16,152 nucleotides of DNA from Candidatus Micrarchaeota archaeon (GTDB lineage: Archaea > Micrarchaeota > Micrarchaeia > Norongarragalinales > UBA8480): NCBI GenBank assembly GCA_043805855.1, contig JAZDHP010000047.1, forward strand, positions 1 to 16,152, in the 5' to 3' direction. Positions 7,792-15,964 of the stretch are shown here, piece by piece. The notes below the pieces were generated by a model. That model searched no databases. It was not told where the DNA came from and saw only the letters and a program-made list of their open reading frames with translations. Each line of letters opens with the position of its first letter. Positions within the stretch are counted from its first letter, which is position 1. The translations under genes were made by a program, and so were the position numbers.

Positions 7792-8052
7792 ATGCCAAAT
7801 TTATCTGCACAGAAATTATTGGAATTTATAGCAAGAGAAAAGGAACAAATATCTGCTAGATTAAGCGCAAATCGGCGCGGAGTTGAATTTGGAGATAGCG
7901 GCACCCCGCAAGAAACTGTAATTAAAATAAGCAGAGAAGCTAAGCAAATCGCAGGAGAAAGGGGACTTACGACCGCTTATAACCGGGCACAAACCGGAGC
8001 TCACGAAATTCACTTTATCACACGCAGCGCTGAAATGAGAAGACGCAGATGA
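7792..8052 (+). CDS. Small basic hypothetical protein (paralog of 6077-6334)
   Basis: ATG 2 nt after the proS stop, 86 aa. Pattern similarity to ORF 6077. Confidence 0.7.
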   Translation: MPNLSAQKLLEFIAREKEQISARLSANRRGVEFGDSGTPQETVIKISREAKQIAGERGLTTAYNRAQTGAHEIHFITRSAEMRRRR

Positions 8053-8084
8053 AATTCACTTTGAAAAATGGAGAAGTTGTTAAC
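8049..8084 (+). repeat. Direct repeat copy 1: duplicated 5' end of the GNAT gene (encodes MKFTLKNGEVVN then stop)
   Basis: ATGAAATTCACTTTGAAAAATGGAGAAGTTGTTAAC matches 9505-9540 at 34/36. Confidence 0.9.
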
Positions 8085-9342
8085 TGACTGGCTCTGTTTC
8101 CAATAGCCATTGCCAAACTGGCTTAACTGTTACCTTTTTTGGCAGATGTTTCCAAGTGTCTTGGTTAAAAGTTAAAATGAGCCCGACGGTAGCTTTTGTT
8201 TCGTGCATAGCTTCAACTAGCCCTTTAGTTTCCCTTTTGAAATTATTTTGGTCAAGGTCATAACAAACTTGAATCGCTTCGCGCCTTTGTGGTATTACAA
8301 AATCACACTCAGAATTTCTTCCAGCATAGTAGTAGACCTCACTGCCAATTCTTTTCAAATGTATTGCAACTAAGTTCTCGAGCAAAGCGCCTTTTTTCTC
8401 GTTGAAACTCACAGTATTTTTAGTCACAATACCATTATCAACACAATATACTTTCTTCAGGTTTTTGTCAAAGCGCTTTATCTTCCTATCAAATCTATGT
8501 ACTGTAAAAATTAGATAAGTTTCTTCTAAATAGTTAATGTATTTCTGCACTGTGTTAGCGCTTATTAGAAAATTGTCAGCTATAGAACGGTAGCTTATAA
8601 GATTTCCTGCATTTGACAACAAAAACTTTGCCACTGCCTTAAGATCCGAAGGCTTTCTAATTTTATAACGAATTACCACATCTTTCTGAATGATGTCGCT
8701 AGGAACTTGGACTAACACAGAATCATTTGAAAATACCGTTGATTCAGGCATCCCGCCGTTTAAAAAGTAATTTGAAAATAAATTAGAAAGCATTGCTTTT
8801 TCCTCTGTTGAATAAAAACTATTAGCTGAAAACTTTGCGCCAACCGCCTTCAAGAATTCAGTAAAAGAAAAGGGATATAACTCTACGTCGACGTGCCTAC
8901 CAGTTAAATGCGTTCCAAGTTCTTTGCTCAACAAATTCGCATTTGAACCGGTTATAAACAACTTATAGCCCTGCCGCAAGAGTCTATTTACAAAGAGTTC
9001 CCAACCAACTATATTTTGTATTTCGTCAAAAAGGATATTCTTCCGTTTTCCAAAAACAGTTAGAAACACTTCCATCAACGGTTGAAAATCCCTTGCTGTA
9101 AATCCCGATATCCTTTCGTCATCAAAGTTAAAATAGTAAAAATCTTCGACAAAATTGCTTTTCATAAATTGCTTCAACAAAGTGCTTTTTCCACAGCGCC
9201 TCACGCCTTTTACTACAAAGGCAGAAGAACCTTTAAACGAAGAAATAGCCGCAAGCCGCGCTCTAGGTACAGTGTCCTTTAGTGCTTCAAACTCCGACAA
9301 TTGGTCTTTTACAATCAAACCCAAAACCGACTTAGATAACAT
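8080..9342 (-). CDS. AAA+ ATPase, COG1373 type (AAA_14 + winged helix + DUF4143 nuclease-like C-terminus)
   Basis: Walker A GVRRCGKST, Walker B ILFDEIQ, ITGS, LTGRH, GGMP, and C-terminal ENLV...ECDFVI...AIQV. ATG 9342 is preferred, about 26 nt downstream of a TTTAAATA box on the minus strand. Confidence 0.9.
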   Translation of the reverse strand: MLSKSVLGLIVKDQLSEFEALKDTVPRARLAAISSFKGSSAFVVKGVRRCGKSTLLKQFMKSNFVEDFYYFNFDDERISGFTARDFQPLMEVFLTVFGKRKNILFDEIQNIVGWELFVNRLLRQGYKLFITGSNANLLSKELGTHLTGRHVDVELYPFSFTEFLKAVGAKFSANSFYSTEEKAMLSNLFSNYFLNGGMPESTVFSNDSVLVQVPSDIIQKDVVIRYKIRKPSDLKAVAKFLLSNAGNLISYRSIADNFLISANTVQKYINYLEETYLIFTVHRFDRKIKRFDKNLKKVYCVDNGIVTKNTVSFNEKKGALLENLVAIHLKRIGSEVYYYAGRNSECDFVIPQRREAIQVCYDLDQNNFKRETKGLVEAMHETKATVGLILTFNQDTWKHLPKKVTVKPVWQWLLETEPVS

Positions 9343-9367
9343 AATAATAATAATAAACAATACCCCC

Positions 9368-9427
9368 TATTTAAAGATGCTCATTATAATGAGCAACAAT
9401 GTGCTTAATTGCTCAATATAATAAACA
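9368..9427 (-). promoter_or_regulatory. TATA box plus two operator-like palindromes upstream of the ATPase
   Basis: Minus-strand TTTAAATA at 9368-9375. Perfect 18-bp palindrome TGCTCATTATAATGAGCA at 9378-9395, with a degenerate copy TGCTCAATATAATAAACA at 9410-9427 (15/18). Confidence 0.65.
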
Positions 9428-9504
9428 CATCAAAATTAGCTTGAAATGAGTTTTAGTGTAAAGAGTAAAAAAACCAGAAGTCATTAATAATTGGAAAAGA
9501 AAAT

Positions 9505-9540
9505 ATGAAATTCACTTTGAAAAACGGAGAAGTTGTTGAC
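9505..9540 (+). repeat. Direct repeat copy 2 (functional start of GNAT gene)
   Basis: ATGAAATTCACTTTGAAAAACGGAGAAGTTGTTGAC, 34/36 identical to 8049-8084. Confidence 0.9.
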
Positions 9541-10047
9541 ATTGAAGAGTTCGACAAACGCGTTACTGGAAAGAATATATTAGCTTATTTTGCGCCGATT
9601 ATGCGCGAAAAGCCAGAACCTTTTTTAGAAATGAACCGCGCACCTACGTTGAAAGAAGAAAAAGAGTGGGTCGCTGCTGCATTTAAAGGAATGAAGAAAA
9701 AAACCGATTTGAAACTAGTTGCATGGAGTAAAGGAAAAATAATTGGAATTACAGATGCTAAACTTGGAAGATATCGCAACAGCGACAAAGCAAGCGTCGG
9801 AATTGCAATTGCTAAAAAATATCGCGCGTTTGGTTTAGGGAAAAAACTCCTTACTGAAATTGTTAAACTTACAAAGAAAAAATTAAAGCCAAAGATAATC
9901 TACTTAACCGTTGTCGCTGGTAACAAAAACGCGTGGAAAATGTACGAAAAAGTCGGGTTCCGTGCAGTTGCAATTTTACCAAAGTGGATGAAAGTACGCG
10001 GAAAATACTGGGGCATGGTTTATATGCGTTACAAGCCACGCGGCTAA
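9505..10047 (+). CDS. GNAT family N-acetyltransferase
   Basis: Acetyl-CoA motif IAIAKKYRAFGLGKKLL and C-terminal VVAGNKNAWKMYEKVGF. Confidence 0.9.
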   Translation: MKFTLKNGEVVDIEEFDKRVTGKNILAYFAPIMREKPEPFLEMNRAPTLKEEKEWVAAAFKGMKKKTDLKLVAWSKGKIIGITDAKLGRYRNSDKASVGIAIAKKYRAFGLGKKLLTEIVKLTKKKLKPKIIYLTVVAGNKNAWKMYEKVGFRAVAILPKWMKVRGKYWGMVYMRYKPRG

Positions 10048-10313
10048 AGCAAATCTTCAAAAAATCTGCGCACTGTCGCTATTATTTCTTCGCGTTTCTC
10101 TGGATTAAGTGACACTTCCAAGCCATAACCCGTTGGCTTTACAAGTAGAAAACCGTCTTGAATGAGCTGACGGCTGGTTTCCTTGTACGCGCCTTTCAAG
10201 TGAGAAGGACAACTCTTGTGCAAATTGTCAACCGAAGTGTGAGACGCGCCCCACTTGCGCTTGCGAAACAACTTGTGAAGAATGTCTGCTTTAATTTGAT
10301 CTAAACTCGGCAT
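10044..10313 (-). CDS. Small hypothetical protein, probable winged-helix fold
   Basis: 89 aa from ATG 10313. Helix-helix-helix then beta hairpin (QLIQDGFLLVKPTGYGLEVSLNP). Confidence 0.65.
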   Translation of the reverse strand: MPSLDQIKADILHKLFRKRKWGASHTSVDNLHKSCPSHLKGAYKETSRQLIQDGFLLVKPTGYGLEVSLNPEKREEIIATVRRFFEDLL

Positions 10314-10420
10314 ATACACAAGTCAAAGCTGACATTATTGTTAACAACTACGAAAAAAGTGGACGAACAACAAAAGGTTAATAAACGTTCAACGTTCATT
10401 TTAGTAAAGGTTGAAAGTAT

Positions 10421-10744
10421 ATGAAAGACGAATCTGTGCTCGTGGAACACTTTGGACAAACGCCAGTTATCCTAGTTATAGACTTTCTTCTAGAGAACAG
10501 ATTGTTCGACTATTCCAAGCAGCAAATTGCAGAGGAAAGCGGCATTGGACGCGTTACATTGTTTAACAACTGGAACAAAATAGAAAAATTAGGCTTGGTG
10601 AAAGAAACTCGTCGGTTTGGCAAGACAAAGCTTTACAAATTAGACGAAGCGAACCCCGTTGTGAAAAAGTTAATCGAACTTGAAATTCTACTAGGAGAAA
10701 AAGCCGCTGAACCGCAAACGATAAAGGCTAAAGCAAGAGTCTAA
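10421..10744 (+). CDS. Winged-helix transcriptional regulator
   Basis: YSKQQIAEESGIGRVTL HTH followed by LGLVKETRRFGKTKLYKL wing. Confidence 0.85.
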   Translation: MKDESVLVEHFGQTPVILVIDFLLENRLFDYSKQQIAEESGIGRVTLFNNWNKIEKLGLVKETRRFGKTKLYKLDEANPVVKKLIELEILLGEKAAEPQTIKAKARV

Positions 10745-10794
10745 GCCGCAGAAAAAAGTTTAACTTCATAAACACTACAAATATTGTGAATCGA

Positions 10795-11553
10795 ATGAAA
10801 GAACAAAAAGTTAACATAATCAACAAACAAGGAGAAAAGTTAACTGGAATTGAAACCCTTCCAGAAAATCTCAAAGGAAAGGCACCTGCGGTTATTCTGG
10901 TTCATGGCTTTGCTGCAGGTAAAGATGAGTACGGAATGTTTACTAGTTTAATTAAACCACTTTCGGAATTGGGAATTGCTACGTATCGTTTTGACTTTTC
11001 CGGCGTTGGCGAAAGCGAAGGGGATTTTCGAGAAACTACACTTACTAAATTAAGTGGAGAACTGGAGAAAATTCTCGAGTTTGTCAAAACCCAGCCGAAC
11101 GTTGATATAAAACGAATTGCCATTATTGCGCAGTCGCTTGGAACTTGCGTTACACTTGCATTACAACCTAGAGTAAAATGCATTGTACTGATTGGATCAG
11201 TTGGAAGGCCAAAGGAAACCTTAGTGTCTCTCTTTGGGCTAGGGCACAAACCGCAAGGAGAATCATTCCGCACACTCACAAATGGAAAAGTAGTATACTT
11301 GAACCCTAGCTTTTGGAAAGATTTTGACAACTATAACTTACTTACAAATGTTGGAAAATTAAATTGCCCTGTGTTGTTCGTGCACGGCGGAGCCGATGAC
11401 CGCGTGCCGCTTACCGAAATGGAACTTCTTTTTGCCAGTGCAAAAGAACCAAAAGAAAAAACGATAATTCTAGGAAACAACCACAACATGCGTCCGCATC
11501 TTGATAAGTTAAACGAAGCAGTAATCAAGTGGCTAACTGAGAACTTAGTTTAA
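10795..11553 (+). CDS. Alpha/beta-fold hydrolase
   Basis: VILVHGF, RFDFSGVGESEG, nucleophile elbow AQSLG, acid HGGADDRVP, and His in GNNHNM. Confidence 0.9.
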   Translation: MKEQKVNIINKQGEKLTGIETLPENLKGKAPAVILVHGFAAGKDEYGMFTSLIKPLSELGIATYRFDFSGVGESEGDFRETTLTKLSGELEKILEFVKTQPNVDIKRIAIIAQSLGTCVTLALQPRVKCIVLIGSVGRPKETLVSLFGLGHKPQGESFRTLTNGKVVYLNPSFWKDFDNYNLLTNVGKLNCPVLFVHGGADDRVPLTEMELLFASAKEPKEKTIILGNNHNMRPHLDKLNEAVIKWLTENLV

Positions 11554-14174
11554 GTTAGCGTTTCCACTATTGTCGCGGTTCCAATTTCTTTGTCGCGGTT
11601 GAAAACGTGTACTGCGCCACTTGCTCCTTCTTTCAACGTTTCATCGTGCGTTACGACGAAGGTTTGCTTTACTATTGTTGGGAGCGTTTCGTGCATTGCT
11701 CTGGCAAGTAACTGAACGCCGTTTGTATCTAGATTATGCGTAGGTTCGTCAAGAACAAGCCACGAGAGATTTGGAACAAGTACCATTGCGAGCGAAATAC
11801 GTAAACATAGCGCTGCGCATGTCTTTTCGCCTCCGCTGCATTGTTCAATTGGCTTCCACTCGCTTCCAGCTAAAACTTCTAGCAAATAGTCATCTTCAGT
11901 TGCGACAACACGGCACGACGCGTAGTCGCGATAGGGGTAAATGCTCTTCCATATTTCTTGCATTGCACTGTTAACCGCAGTTATCAATTCTGTGCGGAGT
12001 TGCGTTTGGGTTTCTACAACGCTGTTTTGGAAAATAGTTAGCTGTGAAGCGTTGCTTTCGATGTCAGCCGCGTTTTTCTTTACAATTGAAAGCTTGGCGA
12101 ATTGCGTTTCCAAGCGCGAAACTAATTCCGTTTTCTCTTTTACTTCACTCACTACGTAGCGGAGTGAAACTTTATTTGATTCTAACTGCGATTGCAACGT
12201 CGAGTGCTTTTGTCGCGTTTCTCGCAATGTTTTCTCGTCGAACTGCAACTGTGCCTTTCTTTGCGTTAATTCCTCGTGTTTTTGTTTCAACACTTCGGTT
12301 TTTTCAATTAACTCAATTGCTTTCAACGCGGCGCGCGACTCAGCTAGGCGCGTTTCCAAATGTTTTTTACTGTCAAATAATTTCAACACTAGAGACTTCT
12401 TGTCAATTTCTTCCCTCATCGTGGCGTAGTCCGCTTGAAGCTGGGTTAAACGCGTCTCGCTTTTTTCAATTTGGGTTAAGTTTTCTTTCAAAATGTTAAA
12501 CCGCTGTGATTTAGCACGCAGCGCATCAACAGCCGCCTTGCTTGTTGCAACTACTTTGGAAATTCTCTGTAATTCGCTTTGCACTTGCGCCGCGTCTCTT
12601 GAAAGCGCTGTTTCGCGGATAGTTAAATCATAGCACTTTTCCGCTAGCGGTAAGAGTTGCCGCCAAGTCGCGAATACTTTTTCCATATCTGCCAGTTTCT
12701 TTTTAGCTTTGCTTGCAATTGAACGGTTTTCTTCAAGCACAACGCGTTCGCTTCCAAGTGACTTTTTCTTTTCAACAATTAGTGACCCGCATTTATCCTC
12801 GTTTAATTGTTGATCGCAAGTTGGGCAGTTTGCACCTTGCTTTGCAAGCAGCGAAAGCGACGCTTCCAATGTAAACACGGCTTCGCCTTTAGCTGCAATT
12901 GTTTTTTCAGTTTCCATTAGCAACTCGCGTTGCTCGTGCATTGCCTTTTCCAAATCTGCAATTGATTGAAATTGTTTTTCAAACAACTTCATCGCCTGGA
13001 CTTGCTCTTGCAGCGATTTCACCTGCGGCGAGATTTGCTTTAACTCCGCAGCAATTGAAGCTTGGCTTGACTGTAATCCGCTTTCGGTTTTTGCCAATTC
13101 CATATATTCCTGCGAAGCAGTTTCCAAATCCTCACTAACATTTACTAACGCGGCCATCTCTGTTTCAATTGATTGCACCGAAAGCTGTTCTAGGTTTTCC
13201 TTAACTGCATTTAACTCTCCAGAGAGGCGCTCGGCATTAACTGTTAATTCGTTAATCGAATGTTCTAAGTCAACACGTTCTTGAAGTGCACGCGCACACT
13301 GTTCCAAGAGAGAAGTACACTGCTCTCGCGTGAACTCGGAAAGTGCTTCAGGCATAACTGAACCTGCGCTTGAAGTTAGGGATTTAATTTCTGCGGCTAA
13401 TTTTGCAACTTCTAAGCTCAATTCTTCATTTAGTTTGGCAGATTCTTCAATTGACTCTAACTCGCGTTTTGAATTTTCAATATTAGTAACCAACACAAAC
13501 TCTTGAGATTCTAATTCGCTTTTCTTTTGGCTAGCGCTCGCTAAGGCGTTTTTGTAATTTTGTAAATCACCCTGAAGGGAAGTTACATCAACCCCCGCGA
13601 GGAAATTTTCAAGACTGGCTTTTTCACCGCGCAATTTTAGCAACGCTGCGTTTGCATTCGTACGCACGTTTTCAAAAAGAGAAATTCCAAGCAACTCATC
13701 AAACTGCGCCTTGCGACTGCCTTTTGGCAGCGAGAGAAAATAGTCAATTTTGTTCTGTTCGCCGTAAATCACGCGTACAAAAGTATCATAGTCAACTTTT
13801 AACACTCGTGCAACGCTCTCGGTAACGCGCACTGGCTGGGGACCTTCAATCAACGCACTGCCCTTGCGTAAAAAAGCTTCTGTACCTTTTGCAGTAACCG
13901 CTCGCGTGACAATGTATTGCTGTCCGTTTACTTGGAATTGCACTTCAACAAGCGCAGATTCCTTCTTCTCGGGGCGCGACATAATTACGTCGGAAAGGTT
14001 AACTTGCCTGCTTTTCAACGATGGAAACGAACCAAAGAAAGCAAAACATATAGCGTCGAGGCAACTGGTTTTTCCAGAGCCCATTGTTCCAATTAGCAAG
14101 TTAGTTCCTTTGGAAAAGCTCAGCTCGGTGTTAGAGTGGCTCTTCCAGTTCACCATCTTGAGCTTCTCAATCAT
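11550..14174 (-). CDS. rad50: DNA double-strand break repair ATPase Rad50 (SMC-like)
   Basis: Walker A GTMGSGKTS, Q-loop YGEQ, long coiled coil with central zinc hook CPTC, signature CSGGE, Walker B LVLDEPT, H-loop VVTHD. Confidence 0.9.
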   Translation of the reverse strand: MIEKLKMVNWKSHSNTELSFSKGTNLLIGTMGSGKTSCLDAICFAFFGSFPSLKSRQVNLSDVIMSRPEKKESALVEVQFQVNGQQYIVTRAVTAKGTEAFLRKGSALIEGPQPVRVTESVARVLKVDYDTFVRVIYGEQNKIDYFLSLPKGSRKAQFDELLGISLFENVRTNANAALLKLRGEKASLENFLAGVDVTSLQGDLQNYKNALASASQKKSELESQEFVLVTNIENSKRELESIEESAKLNEELSLEVAKLAAEIKSLTSSAGSVMPEALSEFTREQCTSLLEQCARALQERVDLEHSINELTVNAERLSGELNAVKENLEQLSVQSIETEMAALVNVSEDLETASQEYMELAKTESGLQSSQASIAAELKQISPQVKSLQEQVQAMKLFEKQFQSIADLEKAMHEQRELLMETEKTIAAKGEAVFTLEASLSLLAKQGANCPTCDQQLNEDKCGSLIVEKKKSLGSERVVLEENRSIASKAKKKLADMEKVFATWRQLLPLAEKCYDLTIRETALSRDAAQVQSELQRISKVVATSKAAVDALRAKSQRFNILKENLTQIEKSETRLTQLQADYATMREEIDKKSLVLKLFDSKKHLETRLAESRAALKAIELIEKTEVLKQKHEELTQRKAQLQFDEKTLRETRQKHSTLQSQLESNKVSLRYVVSEVKEKTELVSRLETQFAKLSIVKKNAADIESNASQLTIFQNSVVETQTQLRTELITAVNSAMQEIWKSIYPYRDYASCRVVATEDDYLLEVLAGSEWKPIEQCSGGEKTCAALCLRISLAMVLVPNLSWLVLDEPTHNLDTNGVQLLARAMHETLPTIVKQTFVVTHDETLKEGASGAVHVFNRDKEIGTATIVETLT

Positions 14175-14227
14175 TGAAAGAAAATAGAAAGCGAAAAAGG
14201 GTTAAACCTTACTAAAGTAACAACTTC

Positions 14228-14959
14228 ATGCCTTCAATACAGGAAATGCGCCGCGAGTTAAAACCAGTTTATGGCCGCTACACAGACGCAGTAATTTCAA
14301 TGATTGGACTACGACCGCATGAAGCTGTGCTTGCTGCTGCGAAACGCGGAGATTTGTTAGAAGCGCATAGTGTGCAAGTTGCGTTATGCCAACAAAGAGA
14401 CTTTACGAAATGGAAAGGACAACCTGACTTTTTTTCTAAGCTAATGAACTGGCAAGAAAGAGAACAAAAACCAGGTTGGTTCAGCAAACCATTGAAGGCT
14501 CCTGGTCTAAAAAGAAACGGTATCCAAATAAGATTGAAAATAAACAGGAATAACCCTTCAGACATAATTCATACAACTTTAGGCAAAATTGGCGAAGTTG
14601 ACATTAGAACCGGTAAGATCGGACGTGTAAGGGCACTATTAGTACCTCATTTACAACAAAGTACTAAAGAACTGCCTTCAAAAGAAGCGAGAAAAATAGA
14701 AGGATGGAAAAACGCAGTTATGATTGCGTTAGAACAAGAAGCAAAAGAAAGGGATTGTGATTTAATCGCATTTAGCGCTGGAACTGGCCATTCAAGAGAA
14801 AATATTTCACAAAAACCAATTCAAGGGGAAATCTTAGAAACATACGGCAGGCTACCAATGCAGCATGGCTATAAACTAGCTCAAATTGAAACCGAGCCAG
14901 ACCCAATGTTAGACTATTTTCAAAAATTAAAGTGGATCAAACGCGTTTCTATGAAATAA
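14228..14959 (+). CDS. Hypothetical protein, possibly GNAT-like fold at C-terminus
   Basis: 243-aa ORF. GWKNAVMIALEQEAKERDCDLIAF and YGRLPMQHGY loosely echo GNAT motifs (weak). Confidence 0.65.
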   Translation: MPSIQEMRRELKPVYGRYTDAVISMIGLRPHEAVLAAAKRGDLLEAHSVQVALCQQRDFTKWKGQPDFFSKLMNWQEREQKPGWFSKPLKAPGLKRNGIQIRLKINRNNPSDIIHTTLGKIGEVDIRTGKIGRVRALLVPHLQQSTKELPSKEARKIEGWKNAVMIALEQEAKERDCDLIAFSAGTGHSRENISQKPIQGEILETYGRLPMQHGYKLAQIETEPDPMLDYFQKLKWIKRVSMK

Positions 14960-15197
14960 GCCCAACTTCTTCGACGTTTACTTCGCCGACGCCTGGAACT
15001 TTTTGCGTTAACTCTTCGTAGTCAACTGCAGCTTTGTCTTCGCACACGTAAGAGATTTTGATAATCTTAACTCCAAAAACATAATCTTCAATCTTTCCCT
15101 GGTTAAAACCTTGAATCTTTTTCAAATCTTCAAGCAGTTCGTTTAAATCCTTACCTTCTTCGGCAGAAATTCTTAATAACGTTAAAACCTTTCCCAT
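14949..15197 (-). CDS. ef1b: Archaeal translation elongation factor 1-beta
   Basis: MGKVLTLLRI...IEDYVFGVKIIKI...VPGVGEVNVEEVGLI, about 82 aa. Near its usual Zn-finger neighbour. Confidence 0.85.
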   Translation of the reverse strand: MGKVLTLLRISAEEGKDLNELLEDLKKIQGFNQGKIEDYVFGVKIIKISYVCEDKAAVDYEELTQKVPGVGEVNVEEVGLIS

Positions 15198-15199
15198 GT

Positions 15200-15622
15200 T
15201 TATTTTACCTCGCAAATTCTTTTCAAAATTGAACTTTTATACTTTTCCGGCTGAAACGCCTTCAACCGCACCACTTGCGTTTTGCTTAAACCCATTTCGT
15301 CGAGTTTCTCGCGAATCTCCTTTTCGCCAAGCGTTTTCTGATCGTACCCAAGGCAAATTACCGCTGGCCTATATTTTACAACCGCAGCAAAGAAGTTATT
15401 CGTATCACCGAGTACAACTTCGTCGACAACTTTTAAACTCGCGACGATCTTCAACCGCTCTCCCTCAGTGAAAAGCGGCGGCTTGCCTTTTATCTTTATG
15501 ACGTTTTCATCGCGGCTAATTACTACAATTAACTTGTCTCCAAGAGCTCGCGCCTGCTGAAATAAAACAACGTGGCCCAAGTGAAGCAAGTCAAAAGTAC
15601 CAAACGCCATTACAAGTTTCAT
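15200..15622 (-). CDS. ribL: FAD synthetase (cytidylyltransferase family)
   Basis: FGTFDLLHLGH (HxGH), VISRD, ICLGYDQ, KYKSS. Confidence 0.82.
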   Translation of the reverse strand: MKLVMAFGTFDLLHLGHVVLFQQARALGDKLIVVISRDENVIKIKGKPPLFTEGERLKIVASLKVVDEVVLGDTNNFFAAVVKYRPAVICLGYDQKTLGEKEIREKLDEMGLSKTQVVRLKAFQPEKYKSSILKRICEVK

Positions 15623-15665
15623 AAATAACCCAGGAGGTCGGCCGCGCTGAAAGCGCCGTCGTTAT

Positions 15666-15821
15666 CTATGGACCAGTGTAGCCACATGACAGGCACTTGT
15701 AGCCATTTTCATTAGATCTACACGAAGCACAGCGCGTTATCTTACCCTTGCATTCTTTGCTTGGGCAGTTAAGCACAGCGTACTTGTCAGTTTCCCGTCC
15801 ACAACTTGAACAAACGACCAT
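15666..15821 (-). CDS. Small Zn-finger protein (DUF1610/HVO_2753-like), not in ORF track
   Basis: Hand translation gives MVVCSSCGRETDKYAVLNCPSKECKGKITRCASCRSNENGYKCLSCGYTGP: four Cys pairs and terminal CGYTGP. SD-like GAGGT upstream. Confidence 0.88.
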   Translation of the reverse strand: MVVCSSCGRETDKYAVLNCPSKECKGKITRCASCRSNENGYKCLSCGYTGP

Positions 15822-15964
15822 ATTTTCAACTAACCTCTCTAAAAAATTAATACACTAAATAGTTACAATAAAAAGAATAATGAGCGTTTTTATACGTTTG
15901 TAACCACAAAATAGATACACACCCACTTGGCCGAGGTCTCAAAGGCCCGGCCTTGAGGGCCTTT

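Noticed and set aside
9341..9356. (ATA)n microsatellite / upstream ATPase start at 9360
   Set aside because: A short low-complexity tract. ATG 9342 fits promoter spacing better than the MFIIII extension.
11771..14187. Plus-strand ORFs inside rad50, and other short ORFs antisense to or overlapping recognised genes
   Set aside because: Shadow ORFs with no motifs, fully overlapping well-supported genes.
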